Shown here: positions 9,016 through 18,442 of the stretch, piece by piece
Numbering within the stretch: the stretch's first letter is position 1
Layout of the letters: each line of letters begins with the position of its first letter
Assembly: GCA_963675525.2 (NCBI GenBank)
Contig: CAXXSL010000008.1
Location: 209,819 to 273,818 of the forward strand
Direction of reading: 5' to 3'
Origin: Anaerohalosphaeraceae bacterium
GTDB taxonomy: Bacteria; Planctomycetota; Phycisphaerae; Sedimentisphaerales; Anaerohalosphaeraceae
Length of the DNA stretch: 64,000 nt
Program-made: the position numbers and the translations under genes
The notes under the pieces: generated by a model
Told to the model about the DNA's origin: nothing
What the model saw: only the letters and a program-made list of their open reading frames with translations
The model's database searches: none

Positions 9016-10649
9016 CCCGTTAGCAGGTCGAATTGTTCGGGGCTGAGGCTTTGGCGGAGTTTCTGGAGTGCCTGCAGTTCGATCTGGCGGATGCGTTCCT
9101 TGCTTAAATCTAATTCGTCGCCGATCTGTTTAAGTGTCATAGGCTTTTTCTTGATCACACCGGGGTCGATCGCATAATGGTTCAAAATAATATACTGCTC
9201 CCGCTGGTCCAGATTATTTTCGATAATTTTCCGTAGATCCCCCTGTGCCTTTTCGACGGCGTAAACATCCGGCAACTGATCCAACCGCAGGTTGACCGGC
9301 AGATTCGCAAAATCGGTGCCGCCGGCCCGGTCGCGGCGCTTGGCTTCGGCGGGGATCATGCGGGCAAAGTCTTTGACGATGGCCCAACTGGCATAGGTGC
9401 TGAAGCGATAGCCCCGCATGTAATCAAACTTTTCCACCGCCGCCATCAATGCAACGCTCCCTTCGCTGACCAGTTCGCTCATGGTAAGCGCTGGTGTCAG
9501 GTGCTTGCCCGCGATGCTGATGACCAGAGGCATGTTAGCTTCGATAATAATTTTCTTAACTTGATCGGCCTGCTCAAGCAGCTTCTGAATACGGTTCAAC
9601 CGGGCTGTTTTGGGACGGCCACGCTGAATTTGCTGACGCTGAGCGGCAGCCAGAAACTTGAGGTAATTATACCGCTGAAACAGTGATGCTTCCTGCTGGC
9701 GGTTCAGAAGAGCATTACCCCCTTTCGGATCAGGAATGAGCTGTGAGAGCGAAACCGAAAGTATTTTTTCTTCGGCATCCGGAGCCACAAAATCCTCGCT
9801 ATCGATATATTCGATCTTGCGGCCGAATAGTTCCCGCGCACGCTGCTGGTTGATGATGCGGTAAATCGAACTGCGGCTGCGGCCGAATCGTTCCATCAGA
9901 TCCTTGACCGTAAATCCCTGTCGGCTCAGTTTATATAATTGGATGGCGCCCTTGGCCGAGATCTTTCCACGTGAAACAGGAAGTTTTTCTTTTCGGCCGT
10001 GGATGTCAAACTTCGCCAGTACACAGCGAACCGTCTCGCGGGAACGGCCGACCTGCCTGGCTACATCAAGTATCAGTTGATTCAGAGTGCGATACTGTTT
10101 TTCTAAAATCTGCCGTTCAGCTAACTCAAATATCCGCTGCTTACCGGAGGCATTCAGCAATGAAAATCGAGCCGCTTTGCCGATCAACCGGGGGTGGTCG
10201 ACCGAAAATTGTTCAACTATCGATTCGGCAAAACCTTTACGCTTTTTGCCGTCTTCAAACACATAGGTCTTGGCGGTAAGCCCCCTGTTCTGCCAGCGGC
10301 GAATGGTTTTAGCGGAAACCGAAAACCGTTCAGCAAGCTGATCGACAGTGTAAACAATTTCCTTTTGATCGGCCACATTCAGTTCTAATTCACCGCTGAG
10401 CCGTGATATCCATACACGCAAATCGGCCAACAAAGCTTTCCCGGGAATCAGTTTCTGATCCGTTGAAACAGGCGGACGATACCCAGTAATCCGAAAAACA
10501 ACAAAGTCAAACGGATACTCCATTTCCGTATCGATCATCATCATCAACTGTTCAGCGGCTGCAAGCTGTTTTTTCTTCTGGGCTATCGGTGCAAACCGCA
10601 ATTGTTCCAAAAAATCACGCAAAACAGGATGAATAACTTGAATCCGCAT
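9012..10649 (-). CDS. Sigma-70 family factor with long N-terminal multi-HTH extension
   Basis: C-terminal regions 2 and 4 (ANMPLVISIA, AVEKFDYMRGYRFSTYASW, LSKERIRQIE); three HTH-like segments in the N-terminal half. Confidence 0.85.
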   Translation of the reverse strand: MRIQVIHPVLRDFLEQLRFAPIAQKKKQLAAAEQLMMMIDTEMEYPFDFVVFRITGYRPPVSTDQKLIPGKALLADLRVWISRLSGELELNVADQKEIVYTVDQLAERFSVSAKTIRRWQNRGLTAKTYVFEDGKKRKGFAESIVEQFSVDHPRLIGKAARFSLLNASGKQRIFELAERQILEKQYRTLNQLILDVARQVGRSRETVRCVLAKFDIHGRKEKLPVSRGKISAKGAIQLYKLSRQGFTVKDLMERFGRSRSSIYRIINQQRARELFGRKIEYIDSEDFVAPDAEEKILSVSLSQLIPDPKGGNALLNRQQEASLFQRYNYLKFLAAAQRQQIQRGRPKTARLNRIQKLLEQADQVKKIIIEANMPLVISIAGKHLTPALTMSELVSEGSVALMAAVEKFDYMRGYRFSTYASWAIVKDFARMIPAEAKRRDRAGGTDFANLPVNLRLDQLPDVYAVEKAQGDLRKIIENNLDQREQYIILNHYAIDPGVIKKKPMTLKQIGDELDLSKERIRQIELQALQKLRQSLSPEQFDLLTG

Positions 10650-10782
10650 ATCTTTAATTATCATTAAAAAAGGGGGCAATTCAAGACTTTTCGACCCTAT
10701 ATTTTCAAATAAAGAGAATAATATCCATCCGCTTTCTTCTCGTTAACACTCTGTTTTTTTATAAAACTCTGAAATAAATCCT

Positions 10783-10812
10783 TTGACACATATGATGATT
10801 TTTTGGTATAAA
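10783..10812 (+). promoter_or_regulatory. Sigma-70 promoter with extended -10
   Basis: TTGACA (10783-88), 18-bp spacer, TG-G-TATAAA (10807-12); no downstream ORF. Confidence 0.65.
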
Positions 10813-10817
10813 AAGAG

Positions 10818-10900
10818 TGCTCCTTCTGCCGCCTGTGGTCAGTAGCCCTGGGAAGTTCACAAACTTCCATTCCTCCTTCAGCCACAGGCGGATTTTTTTT
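10818..10900 (+). ncRNA. Candidate ~80-nt sRNA
   Basis: Follows the promoter; 10-bp outer stem CCGCCTGTGG/CCACAGGCGG, inner hairpin GGAAGTT/AACTTCC, ends in T8. Confidence 0.55.
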
Positions 10901-10907
10901 GCGCATT

Positions 10908-10942
10908 AAAAAGCGGCGTGTGGTTTCAACACACGCCGCTTT
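10908..10942 (-). terminator. Intrinsic terminator of the corrinoid gene (possibly bidirectional)
   Basis: AAAGCGGCGTGTG-7 nt-CACACGCCGCTTT perfect 13-bp stem. Confidence 0.8.
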
Positions 10943-10964
10943 AAATTTTTCAATTCCTGCGTTT

Positions 10965-11591
10965 TTAGTTGAGCAGGGTCTTGGCGATATCGACCGCCGT
11001 TGCCGCATCGGCTGCGTAGCCGTCGGCGCCGATCTTGTCGGCGTATGCCTGAGTCACCGGAGCCCCACCGATCATCGTCTTAACGGATAAGCCCGCATCT
11101 TTAATCGCGCGAATGGTTTTTTCCATCGCGGGCATAGTCGTCGTCAGCAAGGCACTGAGACCCACCACCTGAGCGCCGCTTTCTTTGGTTTTTTGTACAA
11201 AGATTTCCGGCGAGACATCCGTTCCCAAATCCACCACGTCGAAACCGGCACCTTTGAGCATCATCATCACCAGGTTTTTGCCGATATCATGGAGGTCGCC
11301 TTGAACCGTTCCGATCAAGGCTTTGCCAATCGGCTCTACGCCGGCCTCAACCAGCTTCGGCGCCAATACTTCCATCGCCATCTTCATCGCACGTGCCGCG
11401 ATCAGCACTTCGGGAATGTACACTTCGTTGGCTTTAAACCGGACACCGATCACATTCATCCCAGCGATCAGGCCGTCAGCAAGAATCAATCCCGGTTCCA
11501 TTCCCTCGTCTAACGCTGCCTTCGTGACATCCACAGCCGTTTTTTGATCTCCTTTGATAATCGCATCGCTCAACGTTTTCAAATCTGCCAT
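10965..11591 (-). CDS. Corrinoid (B12-binding) methyl-carrier protein, MtbC/MttC-like
   Basis: GDLHDIGKNLV (DxHxxG), SALLTTT, IGGAP; N-terminal B12 cap domain. Confidence 0.93.
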   Translation of the reverse strand: MADLKTLSDAIIKGDQKTAVDVTKAALDEGMEPGLILADGLIAGMNVIGVRFKANEVYIPEVLIAARAMKMAMEVLAPKLVEAGVEPIGKALIGTVQGDLHDIGKNLVMMMLKGAGFDVVDLGTDVSPEIFVQKTKESGAQVVGLSALLTTTMPAMEKTIRAIKDAGLSVKTMIGGAPVTQAYADKIGADGYAADAATAVDIAKTLLN

Positions 11592-11743
11592 TTTTCACCT
11601 CATTGTTTTCGCTTAACTGTAGGGTTAATCGTTATTTCCGCCTTTTCTTTTAGCTATTTGAGGGGGAAAAATCAAGTTTTTTGCAGAGATTCAGTGAGAA
11701 TCGACCAAAAAACAATAAAATTTGATAATTTTATGCTACTTTT

Positions 11744-11886
11744 AGGGGGTTGTCGTGTGTTGGCAGGCCTAATGGCAACCTGAGTCGCTGTCTGTAATAC
11801 CCAGACAGCAACGCTGTCAGACAATGCAGAAACGCTTGCTATCCTCCGTCTATGCGAAAACGGCAAGTGTGACTGACCTTTTTTTT
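11744..11886 (+). ncRNA. Candidate ~140-nt rod-shaped ncRNA (6S-like?)
   Basis: Nested end-to-end complementarity with G-U pairs on the + strand, ending in a T-run. Confidence 0.45.
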
Positions 11887-11888
11887 GT

Positions 11889-12260
11889 TTAGTCGTCCGT
11901 TTCCTTCTCACAGGGCTTCGATTCAGGCAGCGGCGGCGGAGACGGCGGGTTTTCCGCCAGTATCATCAAGGCCTCTTCCCGGGCAGATTCACTGCCTAAA
12001 AAATGTATTGCCTCAATCAAATGCAGGCGGGCCTCAGGTGAAAGGCCGGGACGATGAGCAATCGCTCTAAGGACATTCAGCCTTGCCGATTCGGAACCAA
12101 GCATTTTCACCGCATCAATCTCTGCAATTGTTGAATCAAGTTCCAGATGCTGCATGTTTTTAGGGCTTTGGCAGCCATCACCTTTGATCGATACAATACA
12201 TCCCCCTGCTGCCGCTGCAACAGTCACACATAAAATCACCATCAACAGCTTTCTTTTCAT
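11889..12260 (-). CDS. Hypothetical lipoprotein
   Basis: Signal peptide with AGGC lipobox; two LGSESAR repeats. Confidence 0.75.
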   Translation of the reverse strand: MKRKLLMVILCVTVAAAAGGCIVSIKGDGCQSPKNMQHLELDSTIAEIDAVKMLGSESARLNVLRAIAHRPGLSPEARLHLIEAIHFLGSESAREEALMILAENPPSPPPLPESKPCEKETDD

Positions 12261-12380
12261 GTCTTTTCCCTTCTAACGAGTTAATAAACAATTATTCAAT
12301 GACGATATTATAATGACGAAAGTCAAATAGAAATGTTACAAGAAAATGATTATTTTGAAAACAAATTTCTAAAAAAAGAC

Positions 12381-12761
12381 TCAAATCCCCAACGACTGGA
12401 CTTGATTCATCAAATAACTGTACATGCCGACCATTGCATAGCAAAGCCCGATTGTCAGGACGACCATACCGACCGTCACAACTGCTTTGACGGTCAGACT
12501 ATATCGTGGGTTTGTCCAGACCATCGGCAGTGCCAGCGGCCCCAGCGTCAGCAGAGAGATAACGATCGTCGCTGTGGATTGATACCATTTACCGCCGGAT
12601 TTCGGGGTAGATGGGGAGGGTCTGCCATTCAGAAATTCTCCGCAATGGCGGCATTTGATGGCCTCGGCCAAAATCCGTTCGGCACAAAAAGGACATTTTT
12701 TTGTTTCTTCCTGCGGCATAACAGCATCCATTTCTACCGGCTCATCAAATGACGTTCGCAT
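12381..12761 (-). CDS. Zinc-ribbon membrane protein
   Basis: CPFCAE..AIKCRHCGE followed by two TM segments. Confidence 0.8.
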   Translation of the reverse strand: MRTSFDEPVEMDAVMPQEETKKCPFCAERILAEAIKCRHCGEFLNGRPSPSTPKSGGKWYQSTATIVISLLTLGPLALPMVWTNPRYSLTVKAVVTVGMVVLTIGLCYAMVGMYSYLMNQVQSLGI

Positions 12762-12833
12762 AATACTCTCCAGAATAAGATAATACTATTGTATCGTCAT
12801 ATCGAGCGTGTGAATATAGCTGAAAAAGTAAAT

Positions 12834-15612
12834 CTATTTATCCGTCAGCCAGTTAGGTCCGATAGAAACATCAACTTTGAGCGGCACATCCAGCTTGATT
12901 GCGCCGGTCATCGCTTCGGTGATCCAGACAGTGTGTTTTTCGGCCTCGGCCTTCGGCAACTCGAAGACCAGTTCGTCATGGATCTGCAGGATCATCTTGA
13001 CCGGCAGATTCTCCATTTCGATGCGTTTTTGGATATTGATCATCGCGACCTTGATCAAGTCGGCCGCCGAGCCCTGGATGACAGTATTGATGGTCAGGCG
13101 TTCGGCTTGTGATCGCATGTTGAAATTCTTGCTGTTGAGGCCGTCGATCGGACGCCGCCGATGCAGGATCGTTTCGGCGTATCCCATATTCTTCGCTTTA
13201 TGGATGATGTCGTCCATAAAGCCGCGAATGGACGGATAGCGGTCAAAGTAATCGGTGATAAACTGCTTGGCTTCGGCCTGTGTGATGCCGATGGCTTTGG
13301 CCAATCCGAACGGCCCCTGCCCGTAAATGATACCGAAGTTGACGCCCTTGGCCTTGCCGCGCATTTCGCTGGTAACCTCATCCGGCGGCACACCATACAC
13401 CTGTGAGGCCACGAATCGGTGAATGTCCTGGTCTTCGGCAAACGCTTTTAACAAAGCTTTGTCTTTGGAAAAGTGAGCCAGCAAACGTAATTCGATTTGG
13501 GAATAATCGGCGCTGAGAATACAGCCGGATTTGTCGGCTGGGATGAAAGCCGCCCGAATTTCCCGCCCCATCTCGGTTCGTACGGGGATATTCTGCAGGT
13601 TCGGGTCAGACGATGACAGCCGCCCCGTGGCCGTAACGGTCTGGTTAAACGACGCGTGGACGCGATTGGTTCGCGGGTTAATCAACTGACCCAGTTTGTC
13701 GGTATAGGTGTTCTTGAGTTTGACAATCTGGCGGTATTCAATCAGCAGCGGAACAATTTCGTGAGCATCCTTCAACTGGTCCAGAACACCCGCATCCGTG
13801 CTGCGCTGGGTCTTTTTGTTTTTAACACTTTCCAGCCCCAGCCGGTCGAAGAGGATTTCGCCGAGTTGTTTGGGCGAATCAATATTGAACGGCTGACCGG
13901 CTAATGCGTAAATCTTGTCGGTCAGTTCGTCAACCGTTTCGCTCATGGTGTTAGACATCTTGCGCAACAGCGCGATATCCAGCGAAACGCCGTGAGCTTC
14001 CATGCGTGCCAGTACTTCGACCAGCGGCATTTCCACCGTTTCGAACAACTGTTGAATATCGCCCATCGCGTTGAGCCGCTTGGACAGATACTCGTACAGC
14101 CGCCATGTGACGTCGGCATCTTCGGCGGCATATTCACACGCCGCGGCAGTATCGACCCTGTCAAAGGTCAGTTGATTTTTACCCTTGCCGATGAGCGCCG
14201 AAATCGGTATCGGCTCGATGCCGAGATAGTCCTTGCTCATCGCGTCCATGCTGTGGCTGGAACGGTCGGCATGAAGACAATAGGACGCGACCATCGTATC
14301 AAACACGCGGCCGGCGGACAGCGCGACCGGCATCTGGGCATTTTCCAGCACAAGGTAGTCATATTTTAGATTCTGTGCGATCTTGTATCGGTTTGCGTCG
14401 GCCAGTATGGGCCCGATGTGCTTGCGGACATCGGCAATATCCAACCGTGATTGACCCATAGGACATCGAATGGGCAGATAGTATGCTCTGCCCGACTCCC
14501 AGCAGAAACTCATTCCCACCAGGTCGGCCCGCATCGAGTTAATACTCGTTGTTTCCGTATCAAACGCAAACCGCTCCTGTTTGTTCAGCTCGGCGGCAAA
14601 TTTCTCCAGCTTTTGCAGCGTATCGATTAGTTCATAATCGCCCCCGGCGCCTGCGGGCACAGATGCGGGGTCCCCCAGTTCGGCGAACAGGCCGCCGGGG
14701 ATGGAAGTTGATTTTTCTTTTGCGTCAGCGTGGGCATGGCCCACCCTACTATCTTCCGTCTGGACACCTAATGATGACAGCAGTTTTGTAAAGCCCAGTT
14801 CTTTATAGAGCGCCGCCAGTTTGTCGATGTCCGGGTCGCAGACGGTGAAGTTTTTTTCGTCCAGTTCGACGGGGGCGGCGCAATTGATAATGACCAGTTC
14901 CTTGCTCAAATAGGCCTGCTCTTTAAACTTTCGCAGGTTGTCGCCGCGTTTGCCCTTGATCTCATCGGCATGGGCGTACAGATTGTCCAGCGAACCATAC
15001 TTTTTGATCCAGTCGGCGGCGGTTTTGGGGCCGACATCCGGCACGCCGGGGATATTGTCGGCGGCATCGCCCTGCAGGGCCATCATGTCGATAATCTGCT
15101 CGGGGGTGAGGCCCATTTTGTCATGCAGGGCCTTCGTATCCGTGAGCGTATCGGTCTTTGACATCGTAGGCAAAGACATGCTTGCCGAGAAGCTGGAGCA
15201 TGTCTTTGTCTTTGGAGCAGATGTAGGAATCAATACCCTTTTCGGCAGCCTGTTTGCACAGCGTACCGATCAGGTCGTCGGCCTCCCAGCCGTCCACACG
15301 GAGCATCGGGATATTCATCGCTTCCAGAATGCGTTCGATGCGGCCGATCTGGGCGGGCAGGTCCTCCGGCATCGGCGGACGGTGCGCCTTGTAGTCGGGA
15401 TACATGTCGACGCGGAAACTGGGGGCCTTGGAATCCATTGTTACGACGAGCATGTCCGGCTTTTTCCGGTCAAGCAGCCCCAGCAAGGTATTGGTAAACA
15501 CAAACGCCGCCTTGGTCGGCTCGCCGGAAGGCGACGTCAGCGGCCGCATCGGCGCATAATAGGCCGAATAAATATGTGCATGTCCGTCAATGATGTATAG
15601 CTTTTTAGCCAT
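12834..15612 (-). CDS. polA: DNA polymerase I, reading frame interrupted by one extra base near 15157-15159
   Basis: ORF 15121-15612 encodes the 5'-3' exonuclease N-terminus (IIDGH, EADDLIG); ORF 12834-15233 carries GDAADNIPGVP, 3'-5' exo (FDTET) and Pol motifs (DYSQIELR, QIHDEL). Confidence 0.95.
14730..14749 (-). repeat. GTAG-type REP-like palindrome inside polA
   Basis: Minus strand GTAG-G-GTGGGC-CAT-GCCCAC. Confidence 0.5.
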
Positions 15613-15674
15613 CTTATTCCTTTATGCCATCTCCTTAAATTTGTTTTTCATCAACTGCCGGCAAGATGCCGGCA

Positions 15675-15884
15675 TTACTCTTTTTCGTCAGCACTTTCCT
15701 GAAAGAAAATTTTCCATAAGAGAAAAAAACATATTGCAATAACAAGCAAACTTACAACAATTTCGCCTCTTTCCGCAGGCCAAGATCTTTTAAGATTTAT
15801 GATTGAGCATATTATACCCAATAAAATAAAACATATTGCCCCGGTTTTAAGTATTCCAATTTTCATCTTCGCTGGTTTATTCAA
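15675..15884 (-). CDS. Small AT-rich two-TM protein (start may be ATG 15866)
   Basis: 69-aa ORF with two hydrophobic segments, bracketed by short palindromes. Confidence 0.5.
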   Translation of the reverse strand: MNKPAKMKIGILKTGAICFILLGIICSIINLKRSWPAERGEIVVSLLVIAICFFLLWKIFFQESADEKE

Positions 15885-15965
15885 TAATTATCCTGTTAAT
15901 TTTGTCCAAAATAAATTCGCGTCCATTCGTGGTTCTTCTTGCGGGCGAGACGCCCGCGTTCCCAG

Positions 15966-17042
15966 TTAATCTTGCATGGTTTTGACGGAGGCGATGCGGT
16001 TGGCGTAATCGGCCTTTTTGCGAATGCCCCACACGACATTCGTAACGGGCAGGCGGTCCAGTTGGGGGAAATAAAACGTAATAATGCCGACATTCCACCA
16101 TCGCAAAATCACATCATCGGTATCAATCTGCATTCGCAAGTCATCGCGATCCACCGCATCGTTGGATTCGGATAGGCCGTGCTGCAGTTCAAGGCGGTTC
16201 GGCAAAAAGACCCAATAGAAGAACAGGCTGCGCACCCAGATAATCCGCAGGAAAATTGACCATATATACGCCAGCAGAATATATCCCATCGGCTCGATCT
16301 TGATGCCGAGATGCCGAAAGCCCCTGAAGAATGCCAGCAGAGTTTCGGGGCCGTGCAAAAGCATGATGAGCATCGCCAGGAAAAATCCCCCGACCAACAG
16401 ACCCAACACAACCGGGCGTATTTTGAAAATGACGACTGCCGCATTCAGTGCCCCGAAGACAAGAACCAGTCCGCCGATAACGGTCTGTGTGGGCTGAACA
16501 AAAGTCGCATCACCGGGAATCAGTTCCAGCAGCAGACCGATTAACCCAGCGACGACCATCAAAGCAAACGTCGGGATAAACAGCACCGGCCATCCCCAGT
16601 CGTATCCGCACAACCACACCTTGATATTCGGGTCCTGGCGGACTTCATTGTCGCGGATAAAGCGGGTACGGGCGCTATGGGTCATTTTGAAAACAACGAC
16701 CACCGCACCGATAGCAATCGTAATAGCCAGCACACAGTAAAAGGCGAACATGCGGTTGGAAACAAACGAAAATGTCTCATCGGACACATCGTGAATGATC
16801 TCGGCGAACAGCGACAGATAGACCATACCTATAATCACCAGGAAATCCATAAACAACAGCAACAACTTAAGCTTATACTTTTGCGGCGGGAGCACATACT
16901 CCGGGGCGGCCGAAACGGTCGGCGGCGCAGCCGATACGGCAGCGGGCGGTGACGGTCGATTTTGTTCTACAGACGGCGAACGAACATCGTCGTCCAGATT
17001 TTTTTTGATATCTTCAAATTTCGGTTCTTCAATCATAAACAA
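15966..17042 (-). CDS. Multi-pass membrane protein of unknown function
   Basis: About 6 TM segments; small soluble C-terminal domain (possibly bacterial PH-like). Confidence 0.75.
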   Translation of the reverse strand: MFMIEEPKFEDIKKNLDDDVRSPSVEQNRPSPPAAVSAAPPTVSAAPEYVLPPQKYKLKLLLLFMDFLVIIGMVYLSLFAEIIHDVSDETFSFVSNRMFAFYCVLAITIAIGAVVVVFKMTHSARTRFIRDNEVRQDPNIKVWLCGYDWGWPVLFIPTFALMVVAGLIGLLLELIPGDATFVQPTQTVIGGLVLVFGALNAAVVIFKIRPVVLGLLVGGFFLAMLIMLLHGPETLLAFFRGFRHLGIKIEPMGYILLAYIWSIFLRIIWVRSLFFYWVFLPNRLELQHGLSESNDAVDRDDLRMQIDTDDVILRWWNVGIITFYFPQLDRLPVTNVVWGIRKKADYANRIASVKTMQD

Positions 17043-17050
17043 GCTCCTGA

Positions 17051-17986
17051 TTATTTTTTTTCACTTTGCCATTTTTTGTAGGCCACGGAAAGCTCTTCGA
17101 TATTTTTTCCGGTCCCTATGATATGGCCAACAGTGCCGGACCACTTCGTTCCTTTCTCAATGCGATATGTGGGCATTGTTTTGGAGAAAACGGTTTCACC
17201 AAAAACGCGGAATCCGAACCATTCGGAAAACCGACCCTTCGCCACATCTCCCAGAAAGAACCACGGCTGTTGGCCGTCCGGCTCAAACGCCAGCATCCAG
17301 TATTGTCCGCTTTCGCTGTTCTGCAATGCAATAAATCGTTCCTGCAAGTCCGAGGGTTTAAGCCAATAACAGGATATCCACTCACGTGTATCACTAACCC
17401 GGATGGTCGGTCCGCGAATTTCGCCGATCGTCTTTAATTCCGTCTCGTTGCGAAGGACTCCCGGGCCGTTACCCCAGCAAAATCGGTCAAACGGATCGGC
17501 CATCTCGCCGCTGACACCGAGCCGGGCCTCCCAACAAAACAGCGCCATATCCGGGATCGTTTCGACGGTCTCAATTTCATATCGCTGCTCGATGGTCCCA
17601 TTGGGTTCAAAAATATATACTTCTTCGATTTGAATCGCATTGAGTTTTGTATTCAAACAAATCTCCACCCGGCCGTCATCAGCCCGTATGATTTCATGGC
17701 CGGCAGGGTCTTTTACCTGGCCCTGTCGAAATGCCTTCCTGCGGTCCCCTTCGGCGCCACTGTGGGTGTGATAAATCCAACGGGCACCCTGAGAAAGAAG
17801 CGTTTTTCCAATGCCGCTTTGTACCACATCGGTCAGCAGATTGTCCTTTGTACGGAAAATATATTTCCACTGCCCGTTATCAACCGTCAGCGTGCCGCTT
17901 TCATTGTCCTCAACGACTTGAACACCCTCTGCGAACATAATTCCCGATACCGCAACCAAGAGTAAACACAAACCCCATATCTTCAT
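17051..17986 (-). CDS. Secreted hypothetical protein, beta-rich
   Basis: Signal peptide MKIWGLCLLLVAVSGIMFA; SD AAGGAG. Confidence 0.75.
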   Translation of the reverse strand: MKIWGLCLLLVAVSGIMFAEGVQVVEDNESGTLTVDNGQWKYIFRTKDNLLTDVVQSGIGKTLLSQGARWIYHTHSGAEGDRRKAFRQGQVKDPAGHEIIRADDGRVEICLNTKLNAIQIEEVYIFEPNGTIEQRYEIETVETIPDMALFCWEARLGVSGEMADPFDRFCWGNGPGVLRNETELKTIGEIRGPTIRVSDTREWISCYWLKPSDLQERFIALQNSESGQYWMLAFEPDGQQPWFFLGDVAKGRFSEWFGFRVFGETVFSKTMPTYRIEKGTKWSGTVGHIIGTGKNIEELSVAYKKWQSEKK

Positions 17987-18019
17987 GTTCCCACTCCTTG
18001 AATAAAACTCACTTCATTT

Positions 18020-18163
18020 TCATCCAACAATTTGTCCAACATGGCCCAAAATCAATATTGAGCGATAGGGAAATCTTTCAACCTCGTCCCGGCTGGTAAT
18101 ACCGCCGAGCACCAGCACCGTCAAGCATTCGCAGACCATGGTAGATGATACCATCCATATCAT
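18020..18163 (-). pseudogene. Remnant of a HAD-IIA (NagD-like) hydrolase C-terminus
   Basis: 47-aa ORF containing LTVLVLGGITSRDEVERFPYR. Confidence 0.45.
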
Positions 18164-18362
18164 AGATGAAGTCCTTTTTACTGTGTGTCGCTTCAAGCAT
18201 ATTTTGCCTCAAAATCGCCAAAAATCGTTGTTTTAACACAATTTAACCGAAAATTACTCTCTTGCATAGCTTTTTCAGGGCTATTTTATTGTTCTCGTTG
18301 TCACAATAATTTCAATTTCAATTTGTTTGTCGTTATTATTGTTTATTTTTACGTACTAATTG

Positions 18363-18391
18363 TTGCATCTGGATTCCCGTTCTGATATGAT
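18363..18391 (+). promoter_or_regulatory. Sigma-70 promoter of hydGFE
   Basis: TTGCAT, 17-bp spacer, TATGAT with an extended-10 TG. Confidence 0.6.
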
Positions 18392-18442
18392 ACTAAAAAT
18401 TGTAAATAACAGCTTTATTGTCTTTTGCTCTCGAGGTGTTCG

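Noticed and set aside
10697..11008. 103-aa minus ORF with GAAGGAGG next to an internal ATG
   Set aside because: SD-ATG spacing is only 1 nt and the ORF runs through a terminator and a promoter; better explained as the reverse of the sRNA's CU-rich motif.
11600..11890. Cobalamin or other riboswitch upstream of the corrinoid gene
   Set aside because: No B12-box or other aptamer consensus on the minus strand; the G-U pattern favours a + strand RNA.
18298..18315. Possible Rex operator upstream of hydG (TTGTCACAATAATTTCAA)
   Set aside because: Several mismatches to TTGTGAA-N4-TTCACAA in AT-rich DNA; not supportable.
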